Assembly (NCBI GenBank): GCA_038087875.1
Contig: JAXLNO010000438.1
Coordinates: 806,001 to 870,000, forward strand
From: Malacoraja senta
Taxonomy: Eukaryota
Direction of reading: 5' to 3'
Length of the DNA: 64,000 bases
Position 1 is the stretch's first letter. Every line of letters begins with the position of its first letter. The translations under genes and the position numbers were made by a program. Positions 1 to 12,533 of the stretch are shown piece after piece. The notes under the pieces are model-generated. The model was not told where the DNA came from. It ran no database searches and saw only the letters and a program-made list of their open reading frames with translations.

Positions 1-270
1 TTCAATGTGATCATGGCTGATCATCCACACTCAGTACCCCGTTCCTTCTCCCCATATCCCCTGACTCCGCTATCTTTAAGAGCCCTATCTAGCTCTCTCT
101 TAAAAGTATCCAGAGAACCGGCCTCCACCGCCCTCTGAGGCAGAGAATTCCACAGACTCACAACTCTCTGTGTGAAAAAGTGTTTCCTCATCTCCATTCT
201 AAATGGCTCACCCCTTATTCTTAAACTGTGGCTACTGGTTCTGGACTCCCTGAACATCGGGAACATGGAG
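1..270 (-). mobile_element. CR1 LINE 3' fragment (ORF2 C-terminus and 3' UTR)
   Basis: Minus ORF 21..320 contains SLRIRGEPFRMEMRKHFFTQRVVSLWNSLP, the CR1 ORF2 C-terminal motif. Nearly identical to 43306-43575. Confidence 0.9.
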
Positions 271-1389
271 ATGAGGACACCAATGGAGTCAACGGGTAAT
301 GTTTTCAGATATTCCCCCACATGGAAAATACCTTATTCCCTCATAATATTATCCGGTACAAAACTCAAAGGAGGGAAACAAGAAAAGAAACCATTCTTAC
401 TTTCCAGTGCACAGTTTAGTGCAGTAACATAGTCCTGTCACCATTTTTGAAATACGTAGCTTGCTTTAACTGCACCGACCATTGTTAAACTCAGTCGATG
501 TAATATCCAGGGTTAGAGAAACCAATGTCAGAGAAATAAAATTACAGCACTGAATATGTATACACTATTTCAAAAGCATTCCAGTGTGATTATTCAAGTG
601 GAAAACAGTGGGTGGTATAGTGGTGGGTGGAAAGAGAAGAAACTAGAACACAAATATGCCGCACGTATTTCATTTTGCTCTCTTCATACTTTAAGGAGAA
701 AATCTGAATATATTTGGGAAAGATGACAATGAGAAGATTATGAGTAATGATAAATTAGGAATTATATATAAGTAAAATGCAGAAAAATTAAGTATTTATT
801 TGTTTGGCTCTTGTGTTGCATTTTATTCACATACAACACATGGAAGTAAAATTATCATGGAACAGAAATAGAAAACAGCTACAAACAGAATACAAATTAT
901 AACCTTCTTTCTGCAACATAATGAAACGTTCCCATGCATGCCACTGAGAATTGTGAATTGCTGAATGAGTCATTCATCCAAACTCAATGCAATCCTTTCT
1001 CCTTCTATTTTCTTCTTAATTTCTTTTGTACTTTTTGTCTGATAAAGTGCCCTTGACCATGACTATGTTGACCAGTTGTAAGGGTATCTGTAATGAAGAC
1101 TAATGCCCATTATTAGCAAGTCTGAATGAAACATAACATGGGAATTTGATGGAGAAACAGAGACAATAAGTATTATAGGTTTAATTACATTTCAGAAATA
1201 AATACTTTGCATGAATATTTTTATTAATTGCTGTGCTGCGGCCAAAGCCTAAGCAGTTAAATGACAGAAATGGACAATTGTGCAGAAGCTCTGCTCATCG
1301 TATTATTTTCAGCTTTACTTTTATAGCTTTTATGTACATTGCCTGCATTATTTATTTAATTTGTGCAGATATTCACACACATCTTAATT

Positions 1390-1850
1390 TCAAATAGACA
1401 CAAAAAGCTGGAGTAACTCAGCGGGACAGGCAGCATCTCTGGAGAGAAGGAATGGGTGACATTTTGGGTCTTCAGATTCGTTAGGGGTAAGGGAAACAAG
1501 AGATATAGACGATGATGTGGAGAAATAAAGAACAATGAATAAAAGATATGCAAAAAAGTAATGATGATAAAGGAAAAAGGCCATTGTTAGCTGTTTGTAC
1601 GAGAAGCTAGTGTGAATTGGGTGGAAGAGGGATAGAGAGAGAGGGAATGCCGGGGCTACCTGAAGTGAGAGAAATCAATATTCAACCATTGTTGCCCCAA
1701 ACGAAATACGAGATGCTGTTCTTCCAATTAGCGTTTAGCCTCAATGACAATGGAGGAGACCGAGTTGTTAGAGGTAGTCTGTGTTGGAATGGGAAGGAGA
1801 ATTAAAGTGTCTGACAACCATGAGATCAGGTAGGTTCAGGTGGGCTGAGC
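1390..1850 (-). mobile_element. Degenerate Penelope-like element 3' remnant (GIY-YIG tail and pLTR)
   Basis: Shares the GAGTAACTCAGCGGGACAGGCAGCATCTCTGGAG module and the KLEEQHLIF-like segment (about 1700-1730) with the better copy at 57014-57460. Confidence 0.75.
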
Positions 1851-2910
1851 GATATCTGTTCTTAACTTCAGATATCTGTTACAAAATTTAGCCACTTCTT
1901 CAATTCCCATCTGTACAGCAGTGAACCCTTCAATCAAAAGTTACTCTACAAAGCAATTGAAATCATTCAGAATTCCCCCTTCCTGCTATTGAAACACCCT
2001 TATTTATATTGCAAGATTTTATCTGTCACTATCACAGTTAATATGCTTTTTTTTAATAAAGTGATTGCCTTACCAGCTGTGTTCATATCTAACAACTGCA
2101 TCAGAGAACTATGCATCACTTCTCTAAAGTAATACATATAATATCTTAACTTGTTTGATTATATTGGCATTATTCCAAAAATAAAATATGCTGAGATGCC
2201 ACAGACAAATTGACAAAGGGCACATTCCTAGGACTGATACACTGAGTGAATATTGGACAAAATACATTTCTCCAGAATATTAAAGAATTGCTCTAATTGT
2301 TGTAGAAAAGAATATTCCAGTTCTATGAATACTGCAACTTGATTCATGCTTTTAATTTTATGGCTACCATAACAATTTGTATAGTTACTATACAAACTAA
2401 AGTATTGGTACATTATTGTCATGTGTACCAAGATACAGTGAAGAGCTTTTGTTGTGTTCTGTCCAGGCAAATCAAGCCATGCATGAGTACATCAGGTAGT
2501 GCAAGAGAGAAGAATTTAGAATATCATTACAGCTGCAGAGAAAGTGCAGAAAAAACCCTGCATGGGCCGTAATGAGTTAGAATGGGAGATCAGGAATTCA
2601 TCCTTACTGTGGGAGTTTAGTTATAGGGTTTGGTAACAGTTGAAAAGCCGATCGTGAATCTAGTGGCATGAACTGCCAGGTTTATGTATCTTTTGCCTGA
2701 TAGGAAAGGGGGAAAAGAGAGAATGACTGGATTGCAAATGGTCTTTAATTTTGTTGGTTGCTTCTGAGGCAATGTGAATGCAGACAAATGTGGAAAAGTA
2801 GGGTGGGCCTTGTTTGCATAATGGACTGACCTACATGCCCAACTCTCAAATTTCTTGCACTTGGGCAATGCAGTTTCCCTACCAAGCTGTGATGCAGCCA
2901 AATAGGAAGC

Positions 2911-3224
2911 AGGGCAGCACAGTGGCACAGCGATAGAGTTGCTGCCTTACAGAGCTTGCAGTGTCAGAGACCCAGTTTTGATCCTGACTATGGGTGCTGT
3001 CTGTATGGAGTTTGTACATTCTCCCATGACCGCGTGAGTTTTATCCGAGATCTTCGGTTTCCTCCCACTCTGCAAAGACGTATGGGTTTGTAAGTTAATT
3101 GACTAGGTATAAATGTAAAAATTGCCCCCAGTGTGCGTAGGATAATGTTAATGTGCGGGGATCGTTGGTCGGTGCGGACTCGGTGTGCCGAAGAGCTTGT
3201 TTCCATGCTGTATCTCTAAACTAA
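2911..3224 (+). mobile_element. tRNA-derived V-SINE (HE1-like) with CR1-type tail
   Basis: tRNA-like head (GTGGCACAGCG...GATCCTG), central TGTCTGTATGGAGTTTGTACATTCTCCC block, and tail TGTTTCCATGCTGTATCTCTAAACTAAA. Several sibling copies occur in the window. Confidence 0.85.
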
Positions 3225-3844
3225 AGGAAACTATGTATGGTGCATCTGTTGTTTCAAGAAAACACTTATAAAACATCGTAATACAGAAATAGGTAATGAT
3301 CTTGGCAATCAAAACTGCAAAAGGACACTGGAAAGGAAAATGCTATGAAGAGTAGTATTTGCAACAAGATATTTACATCAAGATAGAACATACAAGTTGT
3401 AATTACTTATCTTCTGTTGCTCATCAATGAAGAATATATCTTGTTAGTTACTCAGCTGTGTTAATAGCCAGAAAGCTAACAAGTACTGTTTTGAACTATC
3501 AATAATTACCACAAGGCAAATTAGAATGGTTGACAGAATAATACAAAAATTATAATTACATCAATGGAGAAAATGATGCCAAGTTATCAATTACATATAG
3601 TATAATTGCAACTACATTTGGACGTGCTTAAATGTATGGCTTATGCAATGCGATATGGACTAGATTTCTGGAATTTTCAACCATGGCTTTGGCAATACCT
3701 GAACCGAGGTAACGCACATCAATGGCAGCAGGACCAAGAGGAACAGAAAGTTGAGAATGAACAGGATCTTGCAGCTGAAGAAGATAATAGGCTATATACT
3801 CATACAGCAAGGATTCCTTTTCACTCAATGAATAGTTTACTATA

Positions 3845-5453
3845 CAGTGGCTTGCATAAGTATTCATACCCCTTGAACTTTTCCACATTTTGTCACGTTA
3901 CAACCACAAACGTAAATGTATTTTATTGGTATTTTATGTGATAGACCAACACAAAGTGGCGCATAATTGTGAAGTGGAAGGAAAATGATTCATGGTTTTC
4001 AAATTTTTTTACAAATAAAAAACTGAAAAGTGTCGCGTGCAAAAGTATTCAGCCCCCTTTACTCTGATACCCCTAAATAAAATCCAGTGCAACCAATTGC
4101 CTTCAGAAGTCACCTAATTAGTAAATAGAGTCCACTTGTGTGTAATCTAATCTCAGTATAAATACAGCTGTTCTGTGAAGGCCTCAGAGGTTTGTTAGAG
4201 AACATTAGTGAACAAACAGCATCATGAAGCCCAAGGAACACACCAGACAGGCCAGGGATAAAGTTGTGGAGAAGTTTAAAGCAGGGTTAGGTTATAAAAA
4301 AATATCCCAAGCTTTGTACATCTCACGGAGCACTGTTCAATCCACCATCCGAAAATAGAAAGAGTATGGCACAACTGCAAACCTACCAAGACATGGCCGT
4401 CCACCTAAACTGACAGGCCGGGCAAGGAGAGCATTGATCAGAGAAGCAGCCAAGATGGTAACTCTGGAGGAGCTGCAGAGATCCACAGCTCAAGTGGGAG
4501 AATCTGTCCACAGGACAACTATTAGTCGTGCACTCCTCAAATCGGGCCTTTATGGAAGAGTGGCAAGAAGAAAGCCATTGTTGAAAAAAAGCCATAAGAA
4601 GTCCCATTTGCAATTTGCCACAAGCCATGTGGGCGACACAGCAAACATGTGGAGGAAGGTGCTCTGGTCAGATGAGACCAAAATTGAAGTTTTTGGCCTA
4701 AATGCAAAATGCAATGTGTGGCGGAAACCTAACACTGCACATCACCCTGAACACACCATCCCCACTGTGAAACATGGTGGTGGCAGCATCATGCTGTGGG
4801 GATGCTTTTCTTCAGCAGGGACAGGGAAGCTGGTCAGAGTTGATGGGAAGATGGATGGAGCCAAATACAGGGCAATCTTGGAAGAAAACCTGTTAGAGTC
4901 TGCAAAAGACTTGAGACTGGGGCGGAGGTTCACCTTCCAGCAGGACAACGACCCTAAACATACAGCCAGAGCTACAATGAAATGGTTTAGACCAAAGCAT
5001 ATTCATGTGTTAGAATGGCCCAGTCAAAGTCCAGACCTAAATCCAATTGAGAATCTCTGGCAAGACTTGAAAATTGCTGTTCACAGACGCTCTCCATCCA
5101 ATCTGACTGAGCTTGAGCTATTTTGCAACGAAGAATGGGCAAAAATTTCAGTCTCTAGATGTTGAAAGCTGGTAGAGACATACCCCAAAAGACTTGCAGC
5201 TGTAATTGTAGCGAAAGGTGGTTCTACAAAGTATTGACTCAGGGGGGCTGAATACTTTTGCACGCGACACTTTTCAGTTTTTTATTTGTAAAAAAATGTG
5301 AAAACCATGTATCATTTTCCTTCCACCACAATTATGCACCACTTTGTGTTGGTCTATCACATAAAATCCCAATAAAATACATTTACGTTTGTGGTTGTAA
5401 CGTGACAAAATGTGGAAAAGTTCAAGGGGTATGAATACTTTTGCAAGCCACTG
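3845..5453 (+). mobile_element. Tc1/mariner DD34E transposon, Passport-like, full length with long IR/DR TIRs
   Basis: TA TSDs at 3843-3844 and 5454-5455. About 210-bp inverted repeats run CAGTGGCTTGCA...TGCAAGCCACTG (3845-4057 and about 5243-5453). Transposase lies between them. Confidence 0.97.
4224..5237 (+). pseudogene. Tc1 transposase pseudogene
   Basis: MKPKEHTRQARDKVVEKFKAGLGYKKISQAL...GRPPKL...WSDE...QDND...SPDLNPIE...GGSTKY in a single frame, broken by TAG at 4356-4358 and TGA at 5163-5165. Confidence 0.95.
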
Positions 5454-7681
5454 TATATAGCTTAGTTCAGCCAAGTAACAAGATGACAAAGTTGGTTACA
5501 TAGTGTTTTAGCATATAACCTAATATTTCATATTACAGTTTAACATTCCAAATCCCAACATCTGATTAAGAATCCCGACACTGAACACAAAAATATAAGA
5601 TTATTCAACACTTCACAATTCCTGCAATTTCTTCCAATGTTCCTTTTATCACTTGGCTCACAAAAGTTGTTTATTTGCAGCAGTAACCTATTCTGCACAC
5701 CACCTCTTCAATCATGGTCATGCATACGATTCGATAAATCATGATTCGTTAATAAAGCAATGCTGCTGACTGGTGGGTTTAATGTGCAGTTGCTCCGAAT
5801 GCAAGCATAAATTAAAAAATTACAAATCTTTTCTGATATTAATGTTTACAGTATTAATTTAACATAATCAATTGAAATACTAAAAATAATGTTCTTGCCG
5901 AATCAATTGCGATTAATTTTCCACTGCTCTAAAAGAATGGACAATTTTATTATTTCCACATTGAAGTTGTGGGTAAAACTCACTGGACTTCAAGATTAGA
6001 TTCTTGCTTTGATTTTTAAGGTGGGCACTCAGAAAAGAATAATTCAGCAAGAACTCTGCAGAACCAGAGTACCCTGAAGGGCACAAAAAGGTTTAAAGTA
6101 ATGCATGTAATGGGGAGTTGAACTCAAGATACAATATTATCTATCAGTGTAGCTTCATTGCACCAAACTCTACTATGCCTAAGAGTCAAGAAATGAATGG
6201 TCACCAGGATAAAATGCCACATAAGAAGGAAGAACTTGAATATTTGAAAATTTTCTGACATGCTACAATATTTTTGGGACAATGCATTCAACTGGTGAAA
6301 TTATTCCCAAGGTGAATTTCATGCAAGACAGATATTAAGTAAAATCATGAGTCAATGACCCAGTAAATATATAAATTCTGAAAGTACAGATAAGGGTCCT
6401 TTATTCAAGATAAATGAGGGGCCCTTAATGACACAAACATATGTATGGAGCTGGATCTATAGAGAAACATTCATTCCTAAAAAAATTGAATATCTGGCAA
6501 TTTTCCAGCATTGTTTATAGAACGATGAATTTAGTATTAAGCTAACAATGGATACTTCTCAACTGTTCCAATCCGTCATCAAACAAGGTGGTATTGCTGA
6601 CAGTGTGAAGCCTTGCTGAAATTGTATTTCAATTATGTGGAAGCTAAGCACATTAACTCTACTTAGCAATCAAATTGTGGTCCAATTTGCACAGCTCATT
6701 AACACTGATGTGCAATGCTGAATCCCTTACTGTGTTATCATAAGGTGTAGGGGAGAACATAAATAGAACAATGCACAACATAAAAACAATCATCATTCAG
6801 GTAAAATTAAAATGTCAAGACATATTAGAAATTCAGCTATTATTAATTAGATTTTAATCAAAGTCAGTATGGCAATCTGATCATCTGTCTTTACAACTGA
6901 ATTCTGAAATTGGATTTATATTGCAATTCTGTTTGAGACAAATGAATGTAAATGGCTTGCTAGATTTATACATTGGTCAAATACGGCAGAGTTTAATGCA
7001 AATTGCATGAAACCTTGAAAGCATTATAATTAGATTTCGTAAATATTGTATTGAATTAGTTCATGTATTTTGATTCTGACTTCGTACACAAGATTCTTGG
7101 TATATCAAGGAGAAAATTAATATGACTATAAAAGCTAACGCAAGGACCACAACTTTAAAAGGAATGCTTATTTTATGTATAATTCTGCCTCCAAAGCAGA
7201 TTATTGAACAAAATGGAGTAAAAGATTCAGGTTAATTTTTTACACTGAACAAATGCAATTGCACGAAACACTCTGCTTATCAAAGTAAATCTATATTACT
7301 AAAAGTCTGATCTAGACCACTTCCTGCTGTTCTGCATATTGATTTTAGAAGAAACGCTGCCACTTACGGCTGTGATTTTTGGCCATCTTACTCAGAGTCC
7401 CCCTCCGCTGTGCAGGACAAGAGGATTTTTCCCATCGATGAAAAATAAAAAAGTTATTAGTGTTTAAAAAATTTTGAGATTCTCTCTCCTGAAGGCCACG
7501 CCCCTTCCGGAGGGACTATAAAACCCAGAAGTGTTGAGTGCCTCAGTCAGTCTCTGCAAGATGGGGGAGCGAGAGGCTTACGTCTCTCAGTCTGAGCTGT
7601 GAATAACACTGAACACATGTCTACTAAACTGTGAGTGGTTTTACTGACCTGTCAGTGCCCTTAATGTGGTTTGAAAATATA

Positions 7682-7927
7682 GTTTGGAAATGCTAAAGCT
7701 GTGTTGCCTTTGGCTTGGAAATGCGAAAGCTGTGTTGCCTTTGGTTTGGAAATGCTAAAACTGTGTTGCCTTTGGTTTGGAAATGCTAAAACTGTGTTGC
7801 CTTTGGTTTGGAAATGCTAAAACTTTGTGGCCTTTGGTTTGGAAATGCTAAAGCTGTGTTGCTTTTGGTTTGGAAATGCTAAAGCTGTGTTGCCTTTGGT
7901 TTGGAAATGCTAAAGTTGTGTTGCCTA
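7682..7927. repeat. 31-bp minisatellite, about 8 copies, inside the Helitron
   Basis: Unit GTTTGGAAATGCTAAAGCTGTGTTGCCTTTG repeated head to tail. Confidence 0.95.
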
Positions 7928-8273
7928 ATTAAAGTTGCCTTGCCTTCTATATAATTAAAAGTCTAATCTTGGCCATTTCCTGTATGCACTTAATATTGAA
8001 TTTAGAAAAGATGCTACCACGTACGGCTGTGATTTTTGGCCATCTTACTCAGAGTCCCCCTCCGCTCATCAGGTGCCGAGGATTTTTCCCATCGATGAAA
8101 AATAAAAGAGTTATTAGTGTTTTAAAAATGATGAGATTCTCTCTCCTGTCAATCATGCCATGAAGGCCATGCCCCTTCTGGTGGGAGTGGGAGGGACTAT
8201 AAAACCCAGAAGTGTGGGCATGCCTCAGTCTCTGCAAGATGGAGGAAGGAGAGGTCACGACTCGCTGTCTTTA

Positions 8274-8400
8274 GTGGCCTTGCACCCTGCTTGAAATGGT
8301 ATGAAACTGCACTTGAATTTGGTGGCCTTGCACCCTGCTTGGAGTGGTAAGAAACTGCACTTGAATTTGGTGGCCTTGCATCCTGCTTGAAATGGAATTT
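8274..8400. repeat. 48-bp tandem repeat, about 2.6 copies, inside the Helitron
   Basis: GTGGCCTTGCACCCTGCTTG...CACTTGAATTTG starts at 8274, 8322 and 8370. Confidence 0.9.
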
Positions 8401-10599
8401 CAAGGATTAGCCATGAGTCAACTGCCAGCTGTGAGTGTGCTGAAAGCACAACAGGCTTGAGTGAATGAGCCACCAGCCCAAGAATCCATTCAGCCAACAA
8501 TGTCCATACTAGCCCTCTGGAAACCAGTCCCTTCAGCCCACAACACCCATACTAGCGCTCCAGAAAGCCCCCCCCCCCCCAACTGGCCACCAATATTGAA
8601 ATTGTTGGAGAGGTGGAATATTGCGTTGGGGGACCAGCCCTCCTGTGTGATGCTGGGACCCAACGGGTCCCACTTAGTCTAGTAGAACATAAAAATAGAA
8701 GCAGGAGTAGGCCTTTACGTCTCTTGTGTCTACTGCATCATTTAGTGAGTTCACAACTGATTTTCTACCTTAATGCCACTTCATGTACCTCGATTCCTTT
8801 AATATCTAAAAATCTATCAACCTCTGCAGTGCAAGATAGAGCGAGATTTTAAAGATAGACGTGCCAGTAAAAACTCTTAAGGTTTGCCAACATTTATTCA
8901 CTGTTCTTATTAAAATAGATGATTTCCTGAACTTAAAAAGTGTTTATTTGGAGTAAGTAGATTCTAAAGTTAAAGCATATGCTGCAAGCTCAAACTGGGC
9001 ATTGCCATAACAGCAGAAATTCTATAAGGTGATCAATAATTAAAGCAATATGGTTTTGCTTGATGAAGCTGCAGAGAAAGTTCCTCAGCTGCAGCTACCA
9101 TTCAGCTGGGACCTGTATATCTGTTAGGCTGTCACTCAATGAGATTGCACAATACAGCAGCCAGGAAGTTCTTGGCTTCTGTTCAAATCTATGATCACCC
9201 TTTCTGGGTTTTCGACTTTTAAAATGCAGTGCTCAGATAACGAAAGAAAAATACTAGGCGCAGCCTTTTCTTCTTGGGAAATTAGGAAAATCCATCCATT
9301 TAATCTTGAATAAATATTATTTTTGTGTTAGATATGTGGTACTATTTGGAAAGCCTATTGTTTTCCTTTTTTGACAGCAAATATTTATTTCACATTCATG
9401 GGAAGAACCCCGAGTATCTGCGATTAACTCCTGCATTTGGCAGTACAGTATCTTTGCCATATCGTGTAGGAACAAATGTAACAAAAAATAAAACTGAAAG
9501 GAAATAATATGCAGACTGATGCTGAACATCATTTCATTTAAAAAAAATCAAAATGTGATTATTTTTAGGAAAAAAAACCCAGCAGTTATAGTTGTTGTTC
9601 TACACCAATAGTCAATAAATCATTTTCACACACACCATTTCACAGAATATATTAAATATCCTAATGCAGAGTTCCTTTCTACATATTTTTAATTTACAAA
9701 TTGCAAAGGAGCAATTCAATACTGCTAAAGCATTTTACTTTGTGTAATTGGTAGATTGTAAAAAGAATTATAAAACCATACACAAAATCTAAGCTTGGAT
9801 TTTTGCAAGATGTTTATCTGTTCAAAAGTGTCCAATCCCCAGAATCATGAACCAGATGCTTAAAGATCTCACAAATTTTGGGATCCAAGGAATTCTTGAA
9901 TTTCACACCTCGGCCTGGGTCACATTGAAACAAAGCTGTGAGCAGATACCAAAAAGTGATTAGTTTTACCTGCTTTTTATTCAGGTAAGTGGTAGCCTAA
10001 AAAATGCAGGATTATTTGGGAGAAGTAGGGAGATGGTGTGGCGGTTGGCAGGAAGCAATCCATTGCTGACCCAAGCCAAGAGATCGGTTGGCCAATAAAG
10101 AGGGATATTATAAATGGAAACAGCCAAGAAGTAGAGTCAGTTTAGACCGAGGAGCTCCCTCCTGTTTCATTGGCTTTTGTTTGAGGTCACTCTGCAACAT
10201 TATTTTCCCTGAGAATAGCCAGCAATTGCTTCAGGCAAAGCATTCTTTCAGCAAGGACTTTGAATCGTAGTCAGACTGCATGTATAAGGTGCCCAGTGGT
10301 AGCTTTTGGCATGGCTGAAGGATAGCTCATTTGTCCTAGTTTGGTGGGAAGTGGGCAGATGCGTACACAACTGCCACCTGCAATTTTGGAGGCAACTCAA
10401 GAGGCTGCATTGAGCTAGGGCTGTCCCATTTCTAACCTAATTGGGCCAGTATTGGACTTAATTCCAGTACAGCATCAAACCAGGTTCAAAAAGCTAATTC
10501 AGCGGTTCAGATATTGCAGATACCAGAGTCTGGTATCAGTTCCATGTTTCAATGAAACATAGGAACCCAAATTACATTTAAACACAAGATGTCCCAAAT

Positions 10600-10720
10600 C
10601 AGTCTGAAGAAGAGTTCCGACCCAAAACGTCACCTATCCATTTTCGCCAGAGATTCTGCCCGACTTGCTGAGTTACTCCAGCACATTGTCTCATTTATTT
10701 TGTAAACTGGCATTTGCACT
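10600..10720 (+). mobile_element. Penelope-derived pLTR fragment with degenerate hammerhead core
   Basis: CAGTCTGAAGAAGAGTTCCGACCCAAAACGTCACC...GAGTTACTCCAGCA. Confidence 0.7.
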
Positions 10721-12020
10721 TCTTTTAGAAACACTTTCAAAAAAAGTAATTGCTATTAAAATGCAGCAAAAGCAATGAGAAGTGACACTTTGATTAGAAG
10801 CTGCATGGAGATTAATGAAGGTGATGTAGAATGTTTAGTGGCCTATCTCTTGTGTATGATTCTTAAAGGAATATTTAGTACTTCTCTAGCAGAAGTACAG
10901 TGAAGTAAGACTTAAGGTAGCAGAAGTGCAGTGAAGTAAGACTTAACATCAACCAGTTCCCAATTTAAATTGTCCAGGAGGGATAGCTTGCAAGATCAGG
11001 CTATGCTACTGTTAACTGTAATCTTCGTATTTCTTCGGCAGTCCCTTGAGATTGGAGATGATGCAAACACTAATTGTGCTACTTCTGGAGCAAATGCTCA
11101 CACTCAATAAGTCCAAAGGTTATTTCACCATAAGTTCCTCAGGCTGAAGTAATTCTTCCAAAATGTCCTTCATATATTAAAGATCCCATTTACCATGATA
11201 AGAAAGATGGAATAATATTTTTTCCAGAGCTTCCAAGTCTTGTAAAAAGCTTCAAAGGTTGCACAGGTTCTGCTTAGACAGTAAGGACAACGTTTTGGAC
11301 AAAAATCCCAAGTTTTCACTTTCAATGACAGTATAGGAGATGCAGATCAGAATCTTAGCAATTTGAATACATTTAACTGCAGATAATGCTAAATTTATAT
11401 TTTTTGTACGGATCAGGTAAAGAAATACAGAAAAGTTTAATAAATAACAATGAAGTGAATAAGCCATTTTGCAAGGAAAGATGGCATTGGAATATAACCT
11501 AACTCTTCCTCACATTGTAGTTTATCATTGATAAATAATGAAATCTGTTTGCTTACCTCATTCCCTCATATTTAATAGAATTTCATGAATTTTAATTTCC
11601 CTTTCACTCTACTAAATATTTAAAAAATCTGGCATTTTTTGTTGCTGGTAACAGTGAAAACAGCACTAATATTTGAAAATACTGCAATAGGAGAATTAAA
11701 TTATTTGCAATCAACATGTATTTTGACATTATTGTGAAATTGGCATATTGTGACATTTTTAGAATACTTTGTGGAAATTAAAGTGTATTATTTGCATAAA
11801 TAGCAATACTGCAAAGTTAATATCTACATGTGATGCAAATCAGGTTCCAAATCGATGAGAAACATCATTTCAGTTTGTCATTAATATGAAGTTCACTATT
11901 TAATCATTGCAGCAATGTCTGCAGTCCACACGTCAATCAGGTTTGTCAGTCTAGATTAGAGACATTAATTTCAAGAACTGAAAAGTGATCATCTCCAAAC
12001 TGCAATATTGCTCGTTTTAA

Positions 12021-12241
12021 TGTTTAAGAAAGAACTGCAGATGCTGGAACAATCGAAGGTAGACAAAAAATGCTGGAGAAACTCAGTGGGTGAGGCAGCA
12101 TCTATGGAGAGAAGGAATAGGCGATGTTTCGGATCGAGACCCTTCTTCAGACTGAGGAAGGAACTCAACCCGAAACGTCACCTATTCCTTCTCTCCATAG
12201 ATGCTGCCTTGCCCGTTGAGTTTCTCCTGCATTTTTTTGTC
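12021..12241. mobile_element. Penelope-derived inverted pLTR pair with 15-bp flanking duplication
   Basis: Two pLTR modules in opposite orientation joined at CAGACTG. Flanked by TATTGCTCGTTTTAA at 12006-12020 and 12242-12256. Confidence 0.8.
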
Positions 12242-12533
12242 TATTGCTCGTTTTAAGGTAGCCATAATATTTTACACAAATGTTGGCCCAGAAGGAAACG
12301 CTAACATTTACCTGTTTAAATTGAATCAAAACCAGAATTCATGTTGGCGATGCCTAATACAGAAGTCCTAAATTTACCAGCAGCTTGCTGGAGATCAGCA
12401 GTAGGGTTCCATCTTACTAATACCCTACTGTTTATAAACGGCAAATTTGCCACAGGATTTGAGCCCTCATTATTTTCCAAACAATCCCTATTGAAATCAA
12501 TGTTTTTATTTTGTTATATTATCTCCCTATCTA

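Larger units (their letters stand above)
7290..8682 (+). mobile_element. Non-autonomous Helitron, composite with two 5' ends
   Basis: A|TCTATAT start at 7290 and a second TCTATAT start at 7946. 3' hairpin GGGACCC-AAC-GGGTCCC followed by CTAG|T at 8679-8683. No TSD. Confidence 0.85.

Noticed and set aside
7682..7927. CRISPR-like array of 31-bp repeats
   Set aside because: The repeats are contiguous with no unique spacers, there are no cas genes, and the context is eukaryotic; it is a minisatellite.
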